A stretch of 64,000 nt of DNA from Desulfuromonadaceae bacterium. GTDB taxonomy: Bacteria > Desulfobacterota > Desulfuromonadia > Desulfuromonadales > JAAYDE01. Shown piece after piece: positions 18,470 through 28,971 of this stretch. Within the stretch, counting starts at the first letter, position 1. Each line of letters opens with the position of its first letter. The notes below the pieces were generated by a model, which saw nothing but the letters and a program-made list of their open reading frames with translations, made no database searches and was not told where the DNA came from. The translations under genes and the position numbers were made by a program. Where the stretch lies: assembly GCA_012512925.1 (NCBI GenBank), contig JAAZDE010000010.1:6417-70416 (forward strand), written 5' to 3'.

Positions 18470-20965
18470 TCACCGGCGCCTTTCTCCCGGCTCGACTTTC
18501 CAGATCCTCTTGCAGTACTCCCCGATGGAGCGGTCGGAAGAAAACCTGCCGATTCGTGCTACGTTGAGGATCGACATTCGCGTCCATTGTTCCTGGTCCC
18601 GGTAAACGAGATCGACCTGTCCCTGGGCCTCCAGGTAGGAAGCATAATCGGCCAGCAGCAGGTATTCATCGTGGCCCAGCAGTGAATGGATCAACGGCTG
18701 GAACAGATTCCGATCGCCGTTGGAAAAATGACCCGAGGCGAGCAGATCGATCACTTCCCGCAACTCAGAGTTGCTATTGTAAAAATGGCGGGGATGGTAG
18801 CCACGGAACTTCAAATCGTAGACCTCATCGACCGTCAGTCCGAAAAGAAAGAAGTTCTCTCTCCCCACCTCCTCAAGTATCTCCACGTTGGCACCGTCCA
18901 AGGTGCCGATGGTCAGCGCCCCGTTCATGGAAAACTTCATGTTGCCGGTGCCTGAGGCCTCTTTCCCCGCCATCGAGATCTGCTCCGACAGGTCGGCGGC
19001 GGGGTAAACCCGCTGGCCGTTCTTCACGTTGAAGTTCGGGAAGAAAACCACCTTGAGGCGTCCGGCCACGTCGGCATCGTTATTGACCACGGCCGCCACC
19101 CCATGGATCAGGCGAATGATCAGCTTGGCCATAAGGTAGCCAGGGGCCGCCTTGCCGCCGAAGATGAAGGTGCGGGGGGTGACGGCCATCTTCGGATCCT
19201 TTTTGAGGCGGAGATAAAGGGTGAGCATGTGAAGCACGTTCAGGTGCTGGCGCTTGTACTCATGGATGCGCTTGACCTGGATGTCGAAAAGGGAATCGGG
19301 GTCGACGATGATTTTGGTCCGCTCGCGAAGAACAGCGGCCAGATTCTGCTTGTTGCGGCGCTTGACCTGGCGCCACTGGCGCACGAAATCCGGGTCGTCC
19401 ACATGGTTTTCCAACTCCCGCAAATCTTCCAGATGGCTGATCCAGCGGTCGCCGATGCGGCTGGTGATGAGCCGCCCCAGATCTGGATTGCTGAGAGCCA
19501 GCCAGCGCCGCGGAGTCACCCCGTTGGTGACGTTGAGAAACTTTTCCGGTGTCAGCTCATAGAAATCGCGCAACACCGTCTTCTTAAGCAGTTCCGTGTG
19601 GATGCCGGCCACGCCATTGATGGCATGGCTGCCAACGCAGGCCAGGTGGGCCATGCGCACATACTTGTCATCCCGTTCGTCGATCAGGGAAAGATGCGCC
19701 AATTTGCCGTCATCTCCGGGGAAGGCGGCGCGAATCGTATCGAGGAAGCGCCGGTTGATCTCGAAGATAATCTCCAGGTGGCGCGGCAGCAATTGCCGAA
19801 AGAGGGGAAGCGGCCATTTTTCAAGGGCTTCGGGAAGCAGGGTGTGATTGGTGTAGGAGAAGGTGCGGCGGGTGATCTCCCAGGCCTCCTCCCATCCCAT
19901 GAGATACTCGTCGACCAAAAGGCGCATCAGTTCGGCCACGGCGATGGAAGGGTGGGTGTCGTTGAGCTGGATGGCAAACCACTCGTGAAAGGAATCGAGG
20001 GGGTGGCCGGAAAGGAGATGGATGCGGATCATGTCCTGCAGGGAGCAGGAGACGAAAAAGTACTGTTGGGCAAGGCGCAGCTGCTTGCCGGCGGCCGGCT
20101 CGTCGTTGGGATAGAGGACCTTGGAAATGGTCTCGGAGGAGATCTTTTCCTGAACCGCGCCGTAATAATCTCCCACATTGAAGGCTTGAAAATCGAAGGA
20201 TTCCACCGCTTCCGCCTTCCATAAACGCAGCAGGCTCACCGAGTCCGACCGATATCCCGGAATCGGGGTGTCATAGGCCACCCCCTTGACGACCCGGTCG
20301 GGTATCCAGCGCACCTGATATTGCCCCTGCGAATCATGGTAGGATTCGATCCGGCCGCCGAAACCGACATCAAAAATGATCTCGGCCTGCTCGATCTCCC
20401 ACGGGTTTCCCCAGCGCAGCCACTTGTCGGTCACCTCCACCTGACGGCCATCCTTGATCTTCTGCTGGAAGATCCCGTATTCATAACGGATGCCGTAAGC
20501 GACGGCAGGAATCCGCAGCGTCGCCAGGGAATCGACATAACAGGCCGCCAGCCTTCCCAGGCCGCCGTTGCCGAGTCCCGGCTCCTCTTCCTGCTCGACC
20601 AGGGTCTCTAGATCGAGGCCCAATTTTTTCACTGCCTGGCGCACCTGATCGCAGATGCCGAGATTGAGGATCCCATTGAGCAGGTGGGGACCGGGAAGGT
20701 ACTCGGCGGAGAGATAACCAACCATCCGCGTCTCTTTCTTTTCCAGCGTCTCCACGGCCTTGATCCAGCGTCCCATGATCCGGTCACGCACTACATAGGC
20801 CAAGGCCATGTACCAGTCGTTATGGGTGGCCAGGGTTGGCACCTTTCCCTGGAGATAATAAAGATGATCCAGAATCGCCCTCCGCAGGGTTTCGACGCTC
20901 GTCCCGGTGCGGTCGTCTTCACACCCCGGCGCCTGGGTCGCAGAAAATTGCCTTTCATCGGCCAT
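18470..20965 (-). CDS. glgP: Glycogen/alpha-glucan phosphorylase
   Basis: ORF trimmed to ATG 20965 (MADERQF..., SD GAGGAGAAGGGAG). PLP site EASGTGNMKFSMNGALTIGTLDGANVE. Confidence 0.93.
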   Translation of the reverse strand: MADERQFSATQAPGCEDDRTGTSVETLRRAILDHLYYLQGKVPTLATHNDWYMALAYVVRDRIMGRWIKAVETLEKKETRMVGYLSAEYLPGPHLLNGILNLGICDQVRQAVKKLGLDLETLVEQEEEPGLGNGGLGRLAACYVDSLATLRIPAVAYGIRYEYGIFQQKIKDGRQVEVTDKWLRWGNPWEIEQAEIIFDVGFGGRIESYHDSQGQYQVRWIPDRVVKGVAYDTPIPGYRSDSVSLLRLWKAEAVESFDFQAFNVGDYYGAVQEKISSETISKVLYPNDEPAAGKQLRLAQQYFFVSCSLQDMIRIHLLSGHPLDSFHEWFAIQLNDTHPSIAVAELMRLLVDEYLMGWEEAWEITRRTFSYTNHTLLPEALEKWPLPLFRQLLPRHLEIIFEINRRFLDTIRAAFPGDDGKLAHLSLIDERDDKYVRMAHLACVGSHAINGVAGIHTELLKKTVLRDFYELTPEKFLNVTNGVTPRRWLALSNPDLGRLITSRIGDRWISHLEDLRELENHVDDPDFVRQWRQVKRRNKQNLAAVLRERTKIIVDPDSLFDIQVKRIHEYKRQHLNVLHMLTLYLRLKKDPKMAVTPRTFIFGGKAAPGYLMAKLIIRLIHGVAAVVNNDADVAGRLKVVFFPNFNVKNGQRVYPAADLSEQISMAGKEASGTGNMKFSMNGALTIGTLDGANVEILEEVGRENFFLFGLTVDEVYDLKFRGYHPRHFYNSNSELREVIDLLASGHFSNGDRNLFQPLIHSLLGHDEYLLLADYASYLEAQGQVDLVYRDQEQWTRMSILNVARIGRFSSDRSIGEYCKRIWKVEPGERRR

Positions 20966-21100
20966 GTCCCATTCTCCCTTCTCCTCGACAACGGTCCGCC
21001 CAAAGAAATCTTTGTAAATAATATCAGACCAGTGGCAATCTGTGCCGGCCGCGCCACCACTTAAACGAGTGATTGGACGGAACTGCCTGCGTCTTTTGTC

Positions 21101-21128
21101 TTGACTTGAGCCAGCCAATTATTATAAT
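21101..21128 (+). promoter_or_regulatory. Sigma-70-type promoter (TTGACT-N16-TATAAT)
   Basis: TTGACT at 21101-21106 and TATAAT at 21123-21128, about 120 nt upstream of the lipoprotein gene. Confidence 0.55.
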
Positions 21129-21250
21129 TCTTCGGTTACATCATGAAAAAGAGCACATTCCACTAACCCTTTTCACTTCACAGAAACCCTGGCCGGACGA
21201 GCCAATAAAAGGATTGCCCCCTGGGGTAAAAACATCAAGGAGGAAAGTTC

Positions 21251-21628
21251 ATGTCAAAGGTTTTCAAAAACACGCTGGTCATTCTTCTGGTAGCCTTCTT
21301 CGCCGTAGTATCCCTCAGTGCCTGTGGACAAAGCGACAAGAAAGAGCCGGCCAAGGCAGCCGAGAAAAAAGCTGAGCAGAAGCCCGCAGCGGCAGCAGTG
21401 GATGCCACCAAGGAGGCTGGTGCAAAAACGGTAGAAGCTGGTCAAAAAGCAGTAGAGGCAGCCAAGCCTGCTGCCGCTCAGGCCGTCGACGCCGCCAAAG
21501 AAGCGGGCGCCAAGACTGTTGAAGCCGTCAAAGAGGCGGGCGCCCAGGCTGTTGACGCTGCCAAGCAGGCCACCGCACCCGCAAAAGAGCAACCGAAGGG
21601 ACTGGTTTTCCCCAAAAACATGGACTAA
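21251..21628 (+). CDS. Lipoprotein with Ala/Lys/Glu-rich internal repeats
   Basis: SD AAGGAGGA. Signal peptide plus lipobox (VVSLSAC). Repeats of VDA(T/A)KEAGAKTVEA. Confidence 0.75.
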   Translation: MSKVFKNTLVILLVAFFAVVSLSACGQSDKKEPAKAAEKKAEQKPAAAAVDATKEAGAKTVEAGQKAVEAAKPAAAQAVDAAKEAGAKTVEAVKEAGAQAVDAAKQATAPAKEQPKGLVFPKNMD

Positions 21629-21652
21629 CCATCCTCGAGTCTGAAACAGAAA

Positions 21653-21687
21653 AGGCCTCAGGAAAACGACCTGGGGCCTTTTTTTGT
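21653..21687. terminator. Rho-independent terminator (bidirectional; lipoprotein gene / radical SAM gene)
   Basis: AGGCCTCAGG-AAAACGA-CCTGGGGCCT followed by TTTTTTTGTTT. A T-run is also present on the opposite strand. Confidence 0.75.
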
Positions 21688-21703
21688 TTCAATGACGTTC
21701 CGG

Positions 21704-23431
21704 TCAAAAGGAGCAGACCCCGCATTGCCGGCACAGCGTCCCACAGGGTAGACTGGTCTCCCCCCGCAGCCCTTTTTCATGCTCCCGCCAGAGATAATCC
21801 CGCGTCACCCCGTCGTCGATGACCTCCCAGGGAAAAAGTTCGTCTTTTCCTCTCGGCCGGTGGATATAGAAATCAGGGTCGAGCCCAGCTTCGCGGCAGG
21901 CTTGCCGGAGATTTTCCCCACGGCTTAACGGCACCAGTGTCCTCGCCACCCGGCGGTCGCCCCGGGCCAGAAAAGCCTGCAATTGGGCGGCGCGCAACGA
22001 CTCGAAATAAACCTCGGCGCCAGGAAGCCTGCCGACACGAAGGCGGATGGCTTTGATCCGCTCCTTCAGCAACGGCAAAGGCGCCATCGGTTCCCACTGA
22101 AAAGGGGTGAAAGGCTTGGGGATGAAAGGATTGACCGACAGGGAAAGATTGCCGAGCCGGCCAAGCTTTTTGCTTTCCTCCATCCACACGCCTTGAATCT
22201 TCTCCACCAGACGGTTCAGGTCCTCGATGTCCTGTTCGCTTTCCGTCGGCAGACCGATGAGAAAATAGAGCTTGATATTGACGATTCCTTCTGCCGTCGC
22301 CATCATCACACAATCGAGAATCTGCCGTTCGTCGAAGTTTTTGTTGATGACATTACGCAAACGGGCGCTGCCCGCTTCCGGCGCCAGGGTCAGAGTTCGA
22401 TGGCCACAATCGATGAGATGGCGCAGCAGCGACCGGTCCAGGCTGTCGATCCGCACGCTGGAAACGGAAAAGGAAGCACCCCTCCGCTCCATCTCCTCAA
22501 CCAACTCCGGCAGTCGCGAATAATCGGAAACCGCCGCGCTGACCAGGCCGAACTTGTCACGGAACGGCCGTATGGCCTCCATGTCGGCTGCCAGCGCCTG
22601 CGGACTCCGTTCCCGAGGGGGGAGATAGATATGGCCGGCGGCGCAGAAACGGCATCCCTGCCCGCATCCACGGGAGATCTCCATCAGCCCCATGGACGCG
22701 AACTCGCTGTCCCGGCAAAAAAGAAAGGAGCGACAGGAGGAGCCGTTGAGATCCCGCACCCATTGACGCCGCACCCGCTGCGGAACCCCTTCCAGCGGAT
22801 GGCAGGCCGCCACCCTTCCATCTTCACGATAAATGACCCGATAGAAACGGGGCACATAGAACCCGGGAAGGAAGGCGATTCTCTTCAAAAGAACCTTTCG
22901 TTCCCCCTCCTGCAGAAGAGCGTCGATCAACGGCGGCAGAAGCACCTCTCCCTCCCCCACCGCGAAAACATCCATGATGTCAGCCAGCGGTTCGGGATTC
23001 AGGAAAGCCGTAACCCCACCGCAGACAATCAGCGGGTGGCGTTCATCCCGCTCTGCGGAGAAGAGGGGAAGACGGGCCAGATCGAAAATTCGGGGAAGAT
23101 TGAGATAGTCGTTTTCAAAGGAGATTGAAAAACAGACCAAGTCGAAATCGGCCAACGGCCGTCCCGATTCCAGCGACACCAGAAGGTTTTTTTTCCCCTT
23201 GCCGAGGGCGCCGTCCTGGGGATCGGGGAGGAAAAAGCGTTCGCAAAGGGTTTCTTCACGCTGATTCAGGAAATGGTGCACATACTGGAAACCGAGATTG
23301 CTCATGCCATTGTAATAGGTGTTCGGATAGACCAGGGCAATGGCCAGCCGGCCTCCCCATGGGGAGGGGGACATCCCTTTTTCGGCGCTTCTGCGAGCGC
23401 GCCGTTTTGTCTCAAGAAGATCAAAAGCCAT
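21704..23431 (-). CDS. B12-binding-domain radical SAM protein (TIGR03960-like)
   Basis: CX3CX2C motif (ISRGCGQGCRFCAAG) with an N-terminal B12-binding-like domain. The track start 23440 is a GTG; ATG 23431 is the alternative. Confidence 0.8.
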   Translation of the reverse strand: MAFDLLETKRRARRSAEKGMSPSPWGGRLAIALVYPNTYYNGMSNLGFQYVHHFLNQREETLCERFFLPDPQDGALGKGKKNLLVSLESGRPLADFDLVCFSISFENDYLNLPRIFDLARLPLFSAERDERHPLIVCGGVTAFLNPEPLADIMDVFAVGEGEVLLPPLIDALLQEGERKVLLKRIAFLPGFYVPRFYRVIYREDGRVAACHPLEGVPQRVRRQWVRDLNGSSCRSFLFCRDSEFASMGLMEISRGCGQGCRFCAAGHIYLPPRERSPQALAADMEAIRPFRDKFGLVSAAVSDYSRLPELVEEMERRGASFSVSSVRIDSLDRSLLRHLIDCGHRTLTLAPEAGSARLRNVINKNFDERQILDCVMMATAEGIVNIKLYFLIGLPTESEQDIEDLNRLVEKIQGVWMEESKKLGRLGNLSLSVNPFIPKPFTPFQWEPMAPLPLLKERIKAIRLRVGRLPGAEVYFESLRAAQLQAFLARGDRRVARTLVPLSRGENLRQACREAGLDPDFYIHRPRGKDELFPWEVIDDGVTRDYLWREHEKGLRGETSLPCGTLCRQCGVCSF

Positions 23432-23530
23432 GGCAATCACTGGTAGGTTGGGGTGATGGCGCGGACAACCGGTCAGGCCGGAGAAAACCCTAGCCGATTA
23501 TTGAATTATAGGGGATTGTCGGGAAAGGAA

Positions 23531-23562
23531 AAAAGGGGCCATCGATATCAGCCCCTTTTTTC
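23531..23562 (-). terminator. Terminator downstream of ftsZ
   Basis: AAAAGGGGC-11 nt-GCCCCTTTT, with T-runs on both strands, about 140 nt after the ftsZ stop. Confidence 0.6.
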
Positions 23563-23703
23563 AGGGATCAGGAACCAGGAATCATCATTATAAGTCGACA
23601 GGGCAGCCGGAGGGGGGGGACTCCCGCCTCCCCCGGCGCCGCCTCATAACCGCCGAGCCTCTAAAACGACAGGACGAAATTCATCTTCCGGCAACGGGAT
23701 GTT

Positions 23704-24846
23704 TCAATCCACCCGTTTGCGCAGGAAGGTGGGGATATCGAATTCATCCTCCTCTCCCATGGAATTGGGAGGATTGAAGGAGAAATCGGGCCTCTTGTTG
23801 CGCAGGAAAGTGGGTGCATCCCGATCAACGCGCCCCAGGGTCTCGATACGATTCTTGACCTGGGGATCGACCCGGTTTCCCTGCTCAAAGGAAGAACCGA
23901 AACCGGTGGCGATGCAGGTGATCTTCATAGCATCGCCGAGATTGTCATCGATGGCCAGACCGATGATGATGTTGGCATCTTCATGGACCTTCTCATGGAT
24001 GATGCCGGAAACGATATCGAATTCCTCCATGGTCATGTTGGAGGAACCGGAAATGTTGACCAGCACCCCCTTGGCGCCGGAGATATCGATATCCTCCAGG
24101 AGCGGGCTGCTGATAGCTTTCTGGGCCGCCTCATAGGCGCGCTTTTCCCCCTCGGCGCAGCCGATCCCCATCATCGCCATACCCCGTTCGCTCATAATCG
24201 CCTTGACATCGGCGAAGTCGGCGTTGATAAGGCCGTGGCCGGTAATCAGGTCGGAAATCCCCTGGACCGCCTGACGCAGCACTTCATCGGAGGGGCGAAA
24301 TGCATCGAGAATATTCATGTTCTTGCCGGCCAGGCCCAGCAGCCGATCATTGGGGATGACAATCAGCGAATCGACCACATCCTTGAGGGCGTGAACCCCG
24401 TCTTCGGCCTGTTTCATGCGCCGCTTCCCCTCCCGGGTAAAGGGCTTGGTCACCACGCTCACGGTCAGCGCGCCGACCTCTTTGGACGCCTGGGCAATAA
24501 TCGGCGCCGCCCCGGTACCGGTGCCGCCTCCCAGCCCGGCGGCGATGAACACCATGTCGGCTCCCTGCAGCAGTTCGGCGATGCGCTCCTTGTCCTCCAT
24601 GGCCGCTTCCTTGCCGACATCCGGATTGGCTCCGGCGCCCAGACCGCGGGTCAACTTGCTGCCAAGCTGAACCTTGACTTCGGCCTTGTTCATCTTGAGG
24701 GCCTGGGCGTCGGTATTGGCGGCAATGAATTCGACCCCCCCGAGTTTGCCAGAAATCATGGTATTGACGGCGTTTCCGCCGCCCCCACCGACCCCGATTA
24801 CCTTGATCTTATGCAACTGTTCTACATTCTCGTCCAGTTCAAACAT
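23704..24846 (-). CDS. ftsZ: Cell division protein FtsZ
   Basis: Tubulin signature [10 protein letters not shown] and C-terminal peptide [20 protein letters not shown]. Confidence 0.97.
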   Translation of the reverse strand: MFELDENVEQLHKIKVIGVGGGGGNAVNTMISGKLGGVEFIAANTDAQALKMNKAEVKVQLGSKLTRGLGAGANPDVGKEAAMEDKERIAELLQGADMVFIAAGLGGGTGTGAAPIIAQASKEVGALTVSVVTKPFTREGKRRMKQAEDGVHALKDVVDSLIVIPNDRLLGLAGKNMNILDAFRPSDEVLRQAVQGISDLITGHGLINADFADVKAIMSERGMAMMGIGCAEGEKRAYEAAQKAISSPLLEDIDISGAKGVLVNISGSSNMTMEEFDIVSGIIHEKVHEDANIIIGLAIDDNLGDAMKITCIATGFGSSFEQGNRVDPQVKNRIETLGRVDRDAPTFLRNKRPDFSFNPPNSMGEEDEFDIPTFLRKRVD

Positions 24847-24926
24847 GATTCCTCCTCCGTTCCGTCCTGTCGACTCTTGTCCCCGGTTGATCGTTATATA
24901 TCAAAAACACCCCGAAACGATACGTT

Positions 24927-26156
24927 TCAGAAAAAATCGCCGAACCATTCCCTCATTCTCCGCACCACCCTGGAAAAGATGTTTTCCTGGCCTATGGAGA
25001 AGTTTTTCACCTGCAGGTTCTTGCAGCCATATTTGACCAGGCCCACGCCGGTGGCGAAAGCTGGAGAGTTGACCACGTCGGTTAAACCGCCGATTTCCCT
25101 CGGGCTGCCGATCCGGACCGGCACGTTGAATATCTGTTCCGCCAGATCCGCCATGCCCGGGAGGATACAGGTTCCCCCGGTGAGCACCACCCCCGAGACG
25201 ATGAGGTCGCCGAAACCGCTGCGCCGGATCTCCTGCTCGGCGAGGGTGAAGATCTCCTCCACCCGTGGCTCGAGGATTTCGGTCAACAGTTGCCGGGAAA
25301 GGGTGCGGGGAGTGCGCCCTCCCACAGAAGGAACCTCGATCGTGTCGTTCTTGTCAACCATGGAACCGAGAGCACACCCATGCTGGCGCTTGATTTTTTC
25401 GGCCTCGTTCATCGGGGTGCGCAAACCCACCGCGATGTCGTTGGTCAGGTGGTTGCCGCCCAGTGAAAGGACCGCCGAATGGCGGATCGAATTGTCTACG
25501 AAGATGGCGATATCGGTAGTGCCGCCGCCGATGTCGAGAATCGCCACCCCCAGCTGTTTCTCCTCGCTGGACAGCACCGATTCCGAAGAGGCCAACTGCT
25601 CCAGAACGATATCGGCCACATCGACTCCGGCCCGGTTGCAGCATTTGATGATGTTCTGGGCGCTGGCCACCGCCCCGGTGACGATATGGACCCGCGCCTC
25701 AAGGCGCACCCCACGCATCCCCAGTGGCTCAGTGATGCCATCCTGGTCGTCAACGATATATTCCTGGGGGAGAATATGGATCACCTCGCGATCCATGGGG
25801 ATGGCGATCGCTTTGGCGGCATCGATGACGCGGCGCACATCCTCCTGGGTCACCTCGCGATCCTTGATGGCGATAACTCCCTGGGAATTGAAGCTCTTGA
25901 TATGTCCCCCGGCAATCCCGGTGAAAACCGAACGGATTTCGCAGCCGGCCATCAGCTCAGCCTCCTGCAGGGCCTGTCTGATGGCCGCCACGGTGCTTTC
26001 AATGTTGATCACCACCCCTTTGCGCATACCCTGGGAAGGGCAGCTTCCGATGCCGACGATTTCAAGTCCGTCCCGGGTCATGTTGCCGACGATGGCACAG
26101 ATCTTCGTGGTGCCGACATCAAGTCCCACCACCAGGTTGTCTTTGTTGTTAGCCAT
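24927..26156 (-). CDS. ftsA: Cell division protein FtsA
   Basis: ORF trimmed to ATG 26156 (MANNKDNLVVGLDVGTTKICA...). Actin-fold motif DIGGGTTDIA. Confidence 0.95.
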   Translation of the reverse strand: MANNKDNLVVGLDVGTTKICAIVGNMTRDGLEIVGIGSCPSQGMRKGVVINIESTVAAIRQALQEAELMAGCEIRSVFTGIAGGHIKSFNSQGVIAIKDREVTQEDVRRVIDAAKAIAIPMDREVIHILPQEYIVDDQDGITEPLGMRGVRLEARVHIVTGAVASAQNIIKCCNRAGVDVADIVLEQLASSESVLSSEEKQLGVAILDIGGGTTDIAIFVDNSIRHSAVLSLGGNHLTNDIAVGLRTPMNEAEKIKRQHGCALGSMVDKNDTIEVPSVGGRTPRTLSRQLLTEILEPRVEEIFTLAEQEIRRSGFGDLIVSGVVLTGGTCILPGMADLAEQIFNVPVRIGSPREIGGLTDVVNSPAFATGVGLVKYGCKNLQVKNFSIGQENIFSRVVRRMREWFGDFF

Positions 26157-26253
26157 GGCTGATTCTCCCCCCCCCTTTTTGGCGGTCTCCGCGAAATTCA
26201 CCCGAGGAGCCACCACCTTTTATCATTAAAAGTCCATTTATTTCATTGCCCGC

Positions 26254-27078
26254 TCATTTTGTGCCCTGAGGCTGCAGCTGGACAATCACCTGATCCGGCA
26301 CATTCAGATCGATCCCTTTTAACATCGACAGTCGCGGCCTGAGATCGTCGTAAACCCTCTCCAGACGATCAAGTTTACTGGCGAACCAGTCCCTGCCCAG
26401 GCGAATCGGCAGACCTCCATTGGCAGCAAAGATATGCAATTCCCCCTGCCGGTCCACATGAATCTCGGAAACCTCCCTGGCGGTAAAGGAGCGCCGCTTA
26501 TTCAGCTCATCCATCAACTGAAGGACGGCCGGCAAGATCTTGCGGGAGATTTCGGGATCGGCCAGAAACCGTTCCCGGTCAATGCCGGTGATGACCGGAA
26601 AATCGAGGCGGTCGCCCACTTCCAGCAGTTTGAAAGGGGTCCCTTCCCGATCCAGATAGTAGAAATGGTCCAGTTTCACCATCGCCAGCGGACTTCGCTC
26701 TTCCAGACGGATACGCACCTCCCGGGGAAAAACTCTCTCCACAAAGGCCTTTTTGACCCAGTCGAGACGTTCGATCCGGATACCGACCTCCCCCGGATCG
26801 ATATCGAAAAGACTCATGCCTGGATTGACCTCGGCGGCCGCCAGAATCGTTTCCTCGGAAAGGCGCAGGTTGTTCTCCACGTGAACCCTTTCCAAACGGA
26901 AAAAATCCGCCTGGCGCAGATACTTGACCCCGTAAAAGCCTCCCGTTCCGACCAGAACCAGAGTGAAGACATAACCGGTTATAATCAGGAAACGTTTCCC
27001 GATGGCTCCCCAGTCACGCTTCTTGCGGATCCGATTGGCGCTTTTAGCGGCTGGTTTCCGAAAGGTCAGATCCCGCAT
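26254..27078 (-). CDS. ftsQ: Cell division protein FtsQ
   Basis: ORF trimmed to ATG 27078, after the ddl stop. Basic N-terminus, one TM segment and a POTRA-like domain (FRLERVHVENNLRLSEETI). Confidence 0.85.
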   Translation of the reverse strand: MRDLTFRKPAAKSANRIRKKRDWGAIGKRFLIITGYVFTLVLVGTGGFYGVKYLRQADFFRLERVHVENNLRLSEETILAAAEVNPGMSLFDIDPGEVGIRIERLDWVKKAFVERVFPREVRIRLEERSPLAMVKLDHFYYLDREGTPFKLLEVGDRLDFPVITGIDRERFLADPEISRKILPAVLQLMDELNKRRSFTAREVSEIHVDRQGELHIFAANGGLPIRLGRDWFASKLDRLERVYDDLRPRLSMLKGIDLNVPDQVIVQLQPQGTK

Positions 27079-27100
27079 CCTTTTTCTCCATTCAAACCCC

Positions 27101-28042
27101 TCACAGCTTGAGAGAGGCCCCCTCAAGCATCCGCTGGACCAACTCCGAAAAAGAAATGCCCGCATGTCGAGCCGCCTTGGGAAGGAGGCTGGTTTCGGTC
27201 AGACCGGGTATCGTGTTGACCTCAAGGCAGTAAAGCCGCCCCGCGCCGATCATGAAATCGACCCGCGCCGCCCCTTGGCATTGCAAGGCATGATAGGCTT
27301 CTGTCGCCAGTTCCTGGGCGCGTTGATAAAGTTTCGGATCGATCGGGGCCGGCAAAATATATTCGGTACATCCAGCGGTATATTTGGCGGCATAGTCGTA
27401 AAACCCGCTTTTGGGGCGCACCTGGATGATCGGCAGCGCCACTCCGTCCAGCACGCCGACAGTGATCTCCTCCCCGGCGATGAAGACTTCCACCAGAACC
27501 TTTTCATCAAACCGGAAAGCCTCCGTTAACCCGGGACCGATTCCTTTCTCATTGGTGACGATACTCACACCGAAGGTGGAACCCTCCCGTACCGGCTTGA
27601 TCACCACCGGCAGCATGGCCCGGAGTCTCTCTTGGAAAACAGGACCATCCTCGCCCCGCTTCAGGACCAGGAAGTCGGGGGTCGGGATGTCATGGCAAAC
27701 AAAAAGCCGCTTGGAAATTTCCTTGTCCATGGCCACGCTGGAAGCGAGAACCCCGCTTCCCGTATAGGGGATGCGCAGCAATTCCAGCAACCCCTGTACA
27801 GTGCCGTCCTCCCCGAAACGCCCATGGAGAGCGATGAAAACCACTTCGATCCCCTCCTGGATCAGGCGCCCGGCCAGGTCTTGCCCCGGGTCGATGGCCA
27901 CGGCATGGTAGCCGTCACCCTCAAGTGCGCGAAGGACCGCCCCGCCAGTGAGCAGGGAGATCTGCCGTTCGCAGGAACGCCCCCCCATCAGTACCGCGAT
28001 CTTCTTTTTCTTCAGCTCGTCACGCGTCATTTCTTCCATCAT
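27101..28042 (-). CDS. ddl: D-alanine--D-alanine ligase
   Basis: Ddl-like over the full length (ATP-grasp fold). ATG overlaps the murB stop (ATGA). Confidence 0.93.
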   Translation of the reverse strand: MMEEMTRDELKKKKIAVLMGGRSCERQISLLTGGAVLRALEGDGYHAVAIDPGQDLAGRLIQEGIEVVFIALHGRFGEDGTVQGLLELLRIPYTGSGVLASSVAMDKEISKRLFVCHDIPTPDFLVLKRGEDGPVFQERLRAMLPVVIKPVREGSTFGVSIVTNEKGIGPGLTEAFRFDEKVLVEVFIAGEEITVGVLDGVALPIIQVRPKSGFYDYAAKYTAGCTEYILPAPIDPKLYQRAQELATEAYHALQCQGAARVDFMIGAGRLYCLEVNTIPGLTETSLLPKAARHAGISFSELVQRMLEGASLKL

Positions 28043-28971
28043 CCATTTAAAGCGGTATTCTCGCCGACAATTTTGACCTCTGGTTCAAGCCGGATGCCGC
28101 TGCTGCTCTCCACTTCTTTCTGAATTCGCTGGATCAGGGCCAAAATATCTTCGGCTTGTGCTTTTCCCTGATTGACGATGAAGTTGGCGTGGAATCGGGA
28201 AACCTGGGCGCCGCCCACCGAAGCCCCTTTGAGGCCGGCCTCTTCGATCAATTCCCAGGCCTTGGCGCCGGGTGGATTGCGGAATACCGATCCGGCGTTG
28301 GCTCCCTCGACCTTCTGGGTGCGGCGGCGATAGGCCAGCCGCTCCCGCAGGACCGTCTGCAGTGCCTCGGATTCTCCCGGCGAAAAAAGAAGCCGGGCTT
28401 CTACGGCGATCATCCCGGACGTCAGGGCCGACCTCCGGTAGCCGAACCTCAACCGCTGCCGGTCCCACCGCGACATGGTGCCCCCTTCGACGATCAGAGC
28501 TGATTCCACCCTCTCCCCGAATTCACGCCCTGGCACCCCTGCATTCATGGCCAGGGCGCCTCCCACTGTTCCTGGAATTCCATAAAGGAGTTCCAGACCG
28601 GCCAGGCCCCGCCGGGCGGCCTCCTCGATGAGTTGCCCCAGAACCACCCCCGCCTCGGCTCTGACTTCACCACCGGAAAGAAATTCCAGCCGGTTCAGCG
28701 CGGCGGTATCGATCACCGCCCCGCGGATGCCGCCGTCACGAACCAGCAGATTGCTGCCTCCGCCCAGAACCATCCACGGGATCGCCTCCTTTTCGAGGAC
28801 ACTGAGAGCGGCCAGTAGATCTTCCCTGTCCGCTGGAACCAGATAGACATCGGCATTCCCGCCAACCCGCCAGCTGGTATGGCGGGACATCGGCTCCCGG
28901 CCCAACAGTTTCCCCCGCAAGATGTGCCGCAATTTTTCAAAGACCCTGAAGCAACCCTCTGACGTCGCCAC
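28039..28971 (-). CDS. murB: UDP-N-acetylenolpyruvoylglucosamine reductase
   Basis: MurB-like (HTSWRVGGNADV..., ...AGSVFRNP). GTG start directly after the murC stop. Confidence 0.92.
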   Translation of the reverse strand: MATSEGCFRVFEKLRHILRGKLLGREPMSRHTSWRVGGNADVYLVPADREDLLAALSVLEKEAIPWMVLGGGSNLLVRDGGIRGAVIDTAALNRLEFLSGGEVRAEAGVVLGQLIEEAARRGLAGLELLYGIPGTVGGALAMNAGVPGREFGERVESALIVEGGTMSRWDRQRLRFGYRRSALTSGMIAVEARLLFSPGESEALQTVLRERLAYRRRTQKVEGANAGSVFRNPPGAKAWELIEEAGLKGASVGGAQVSRFHANFIVNQGKAQAEDILALIQRIQKEVESSSGIRLEPEVKIVGENTALNG

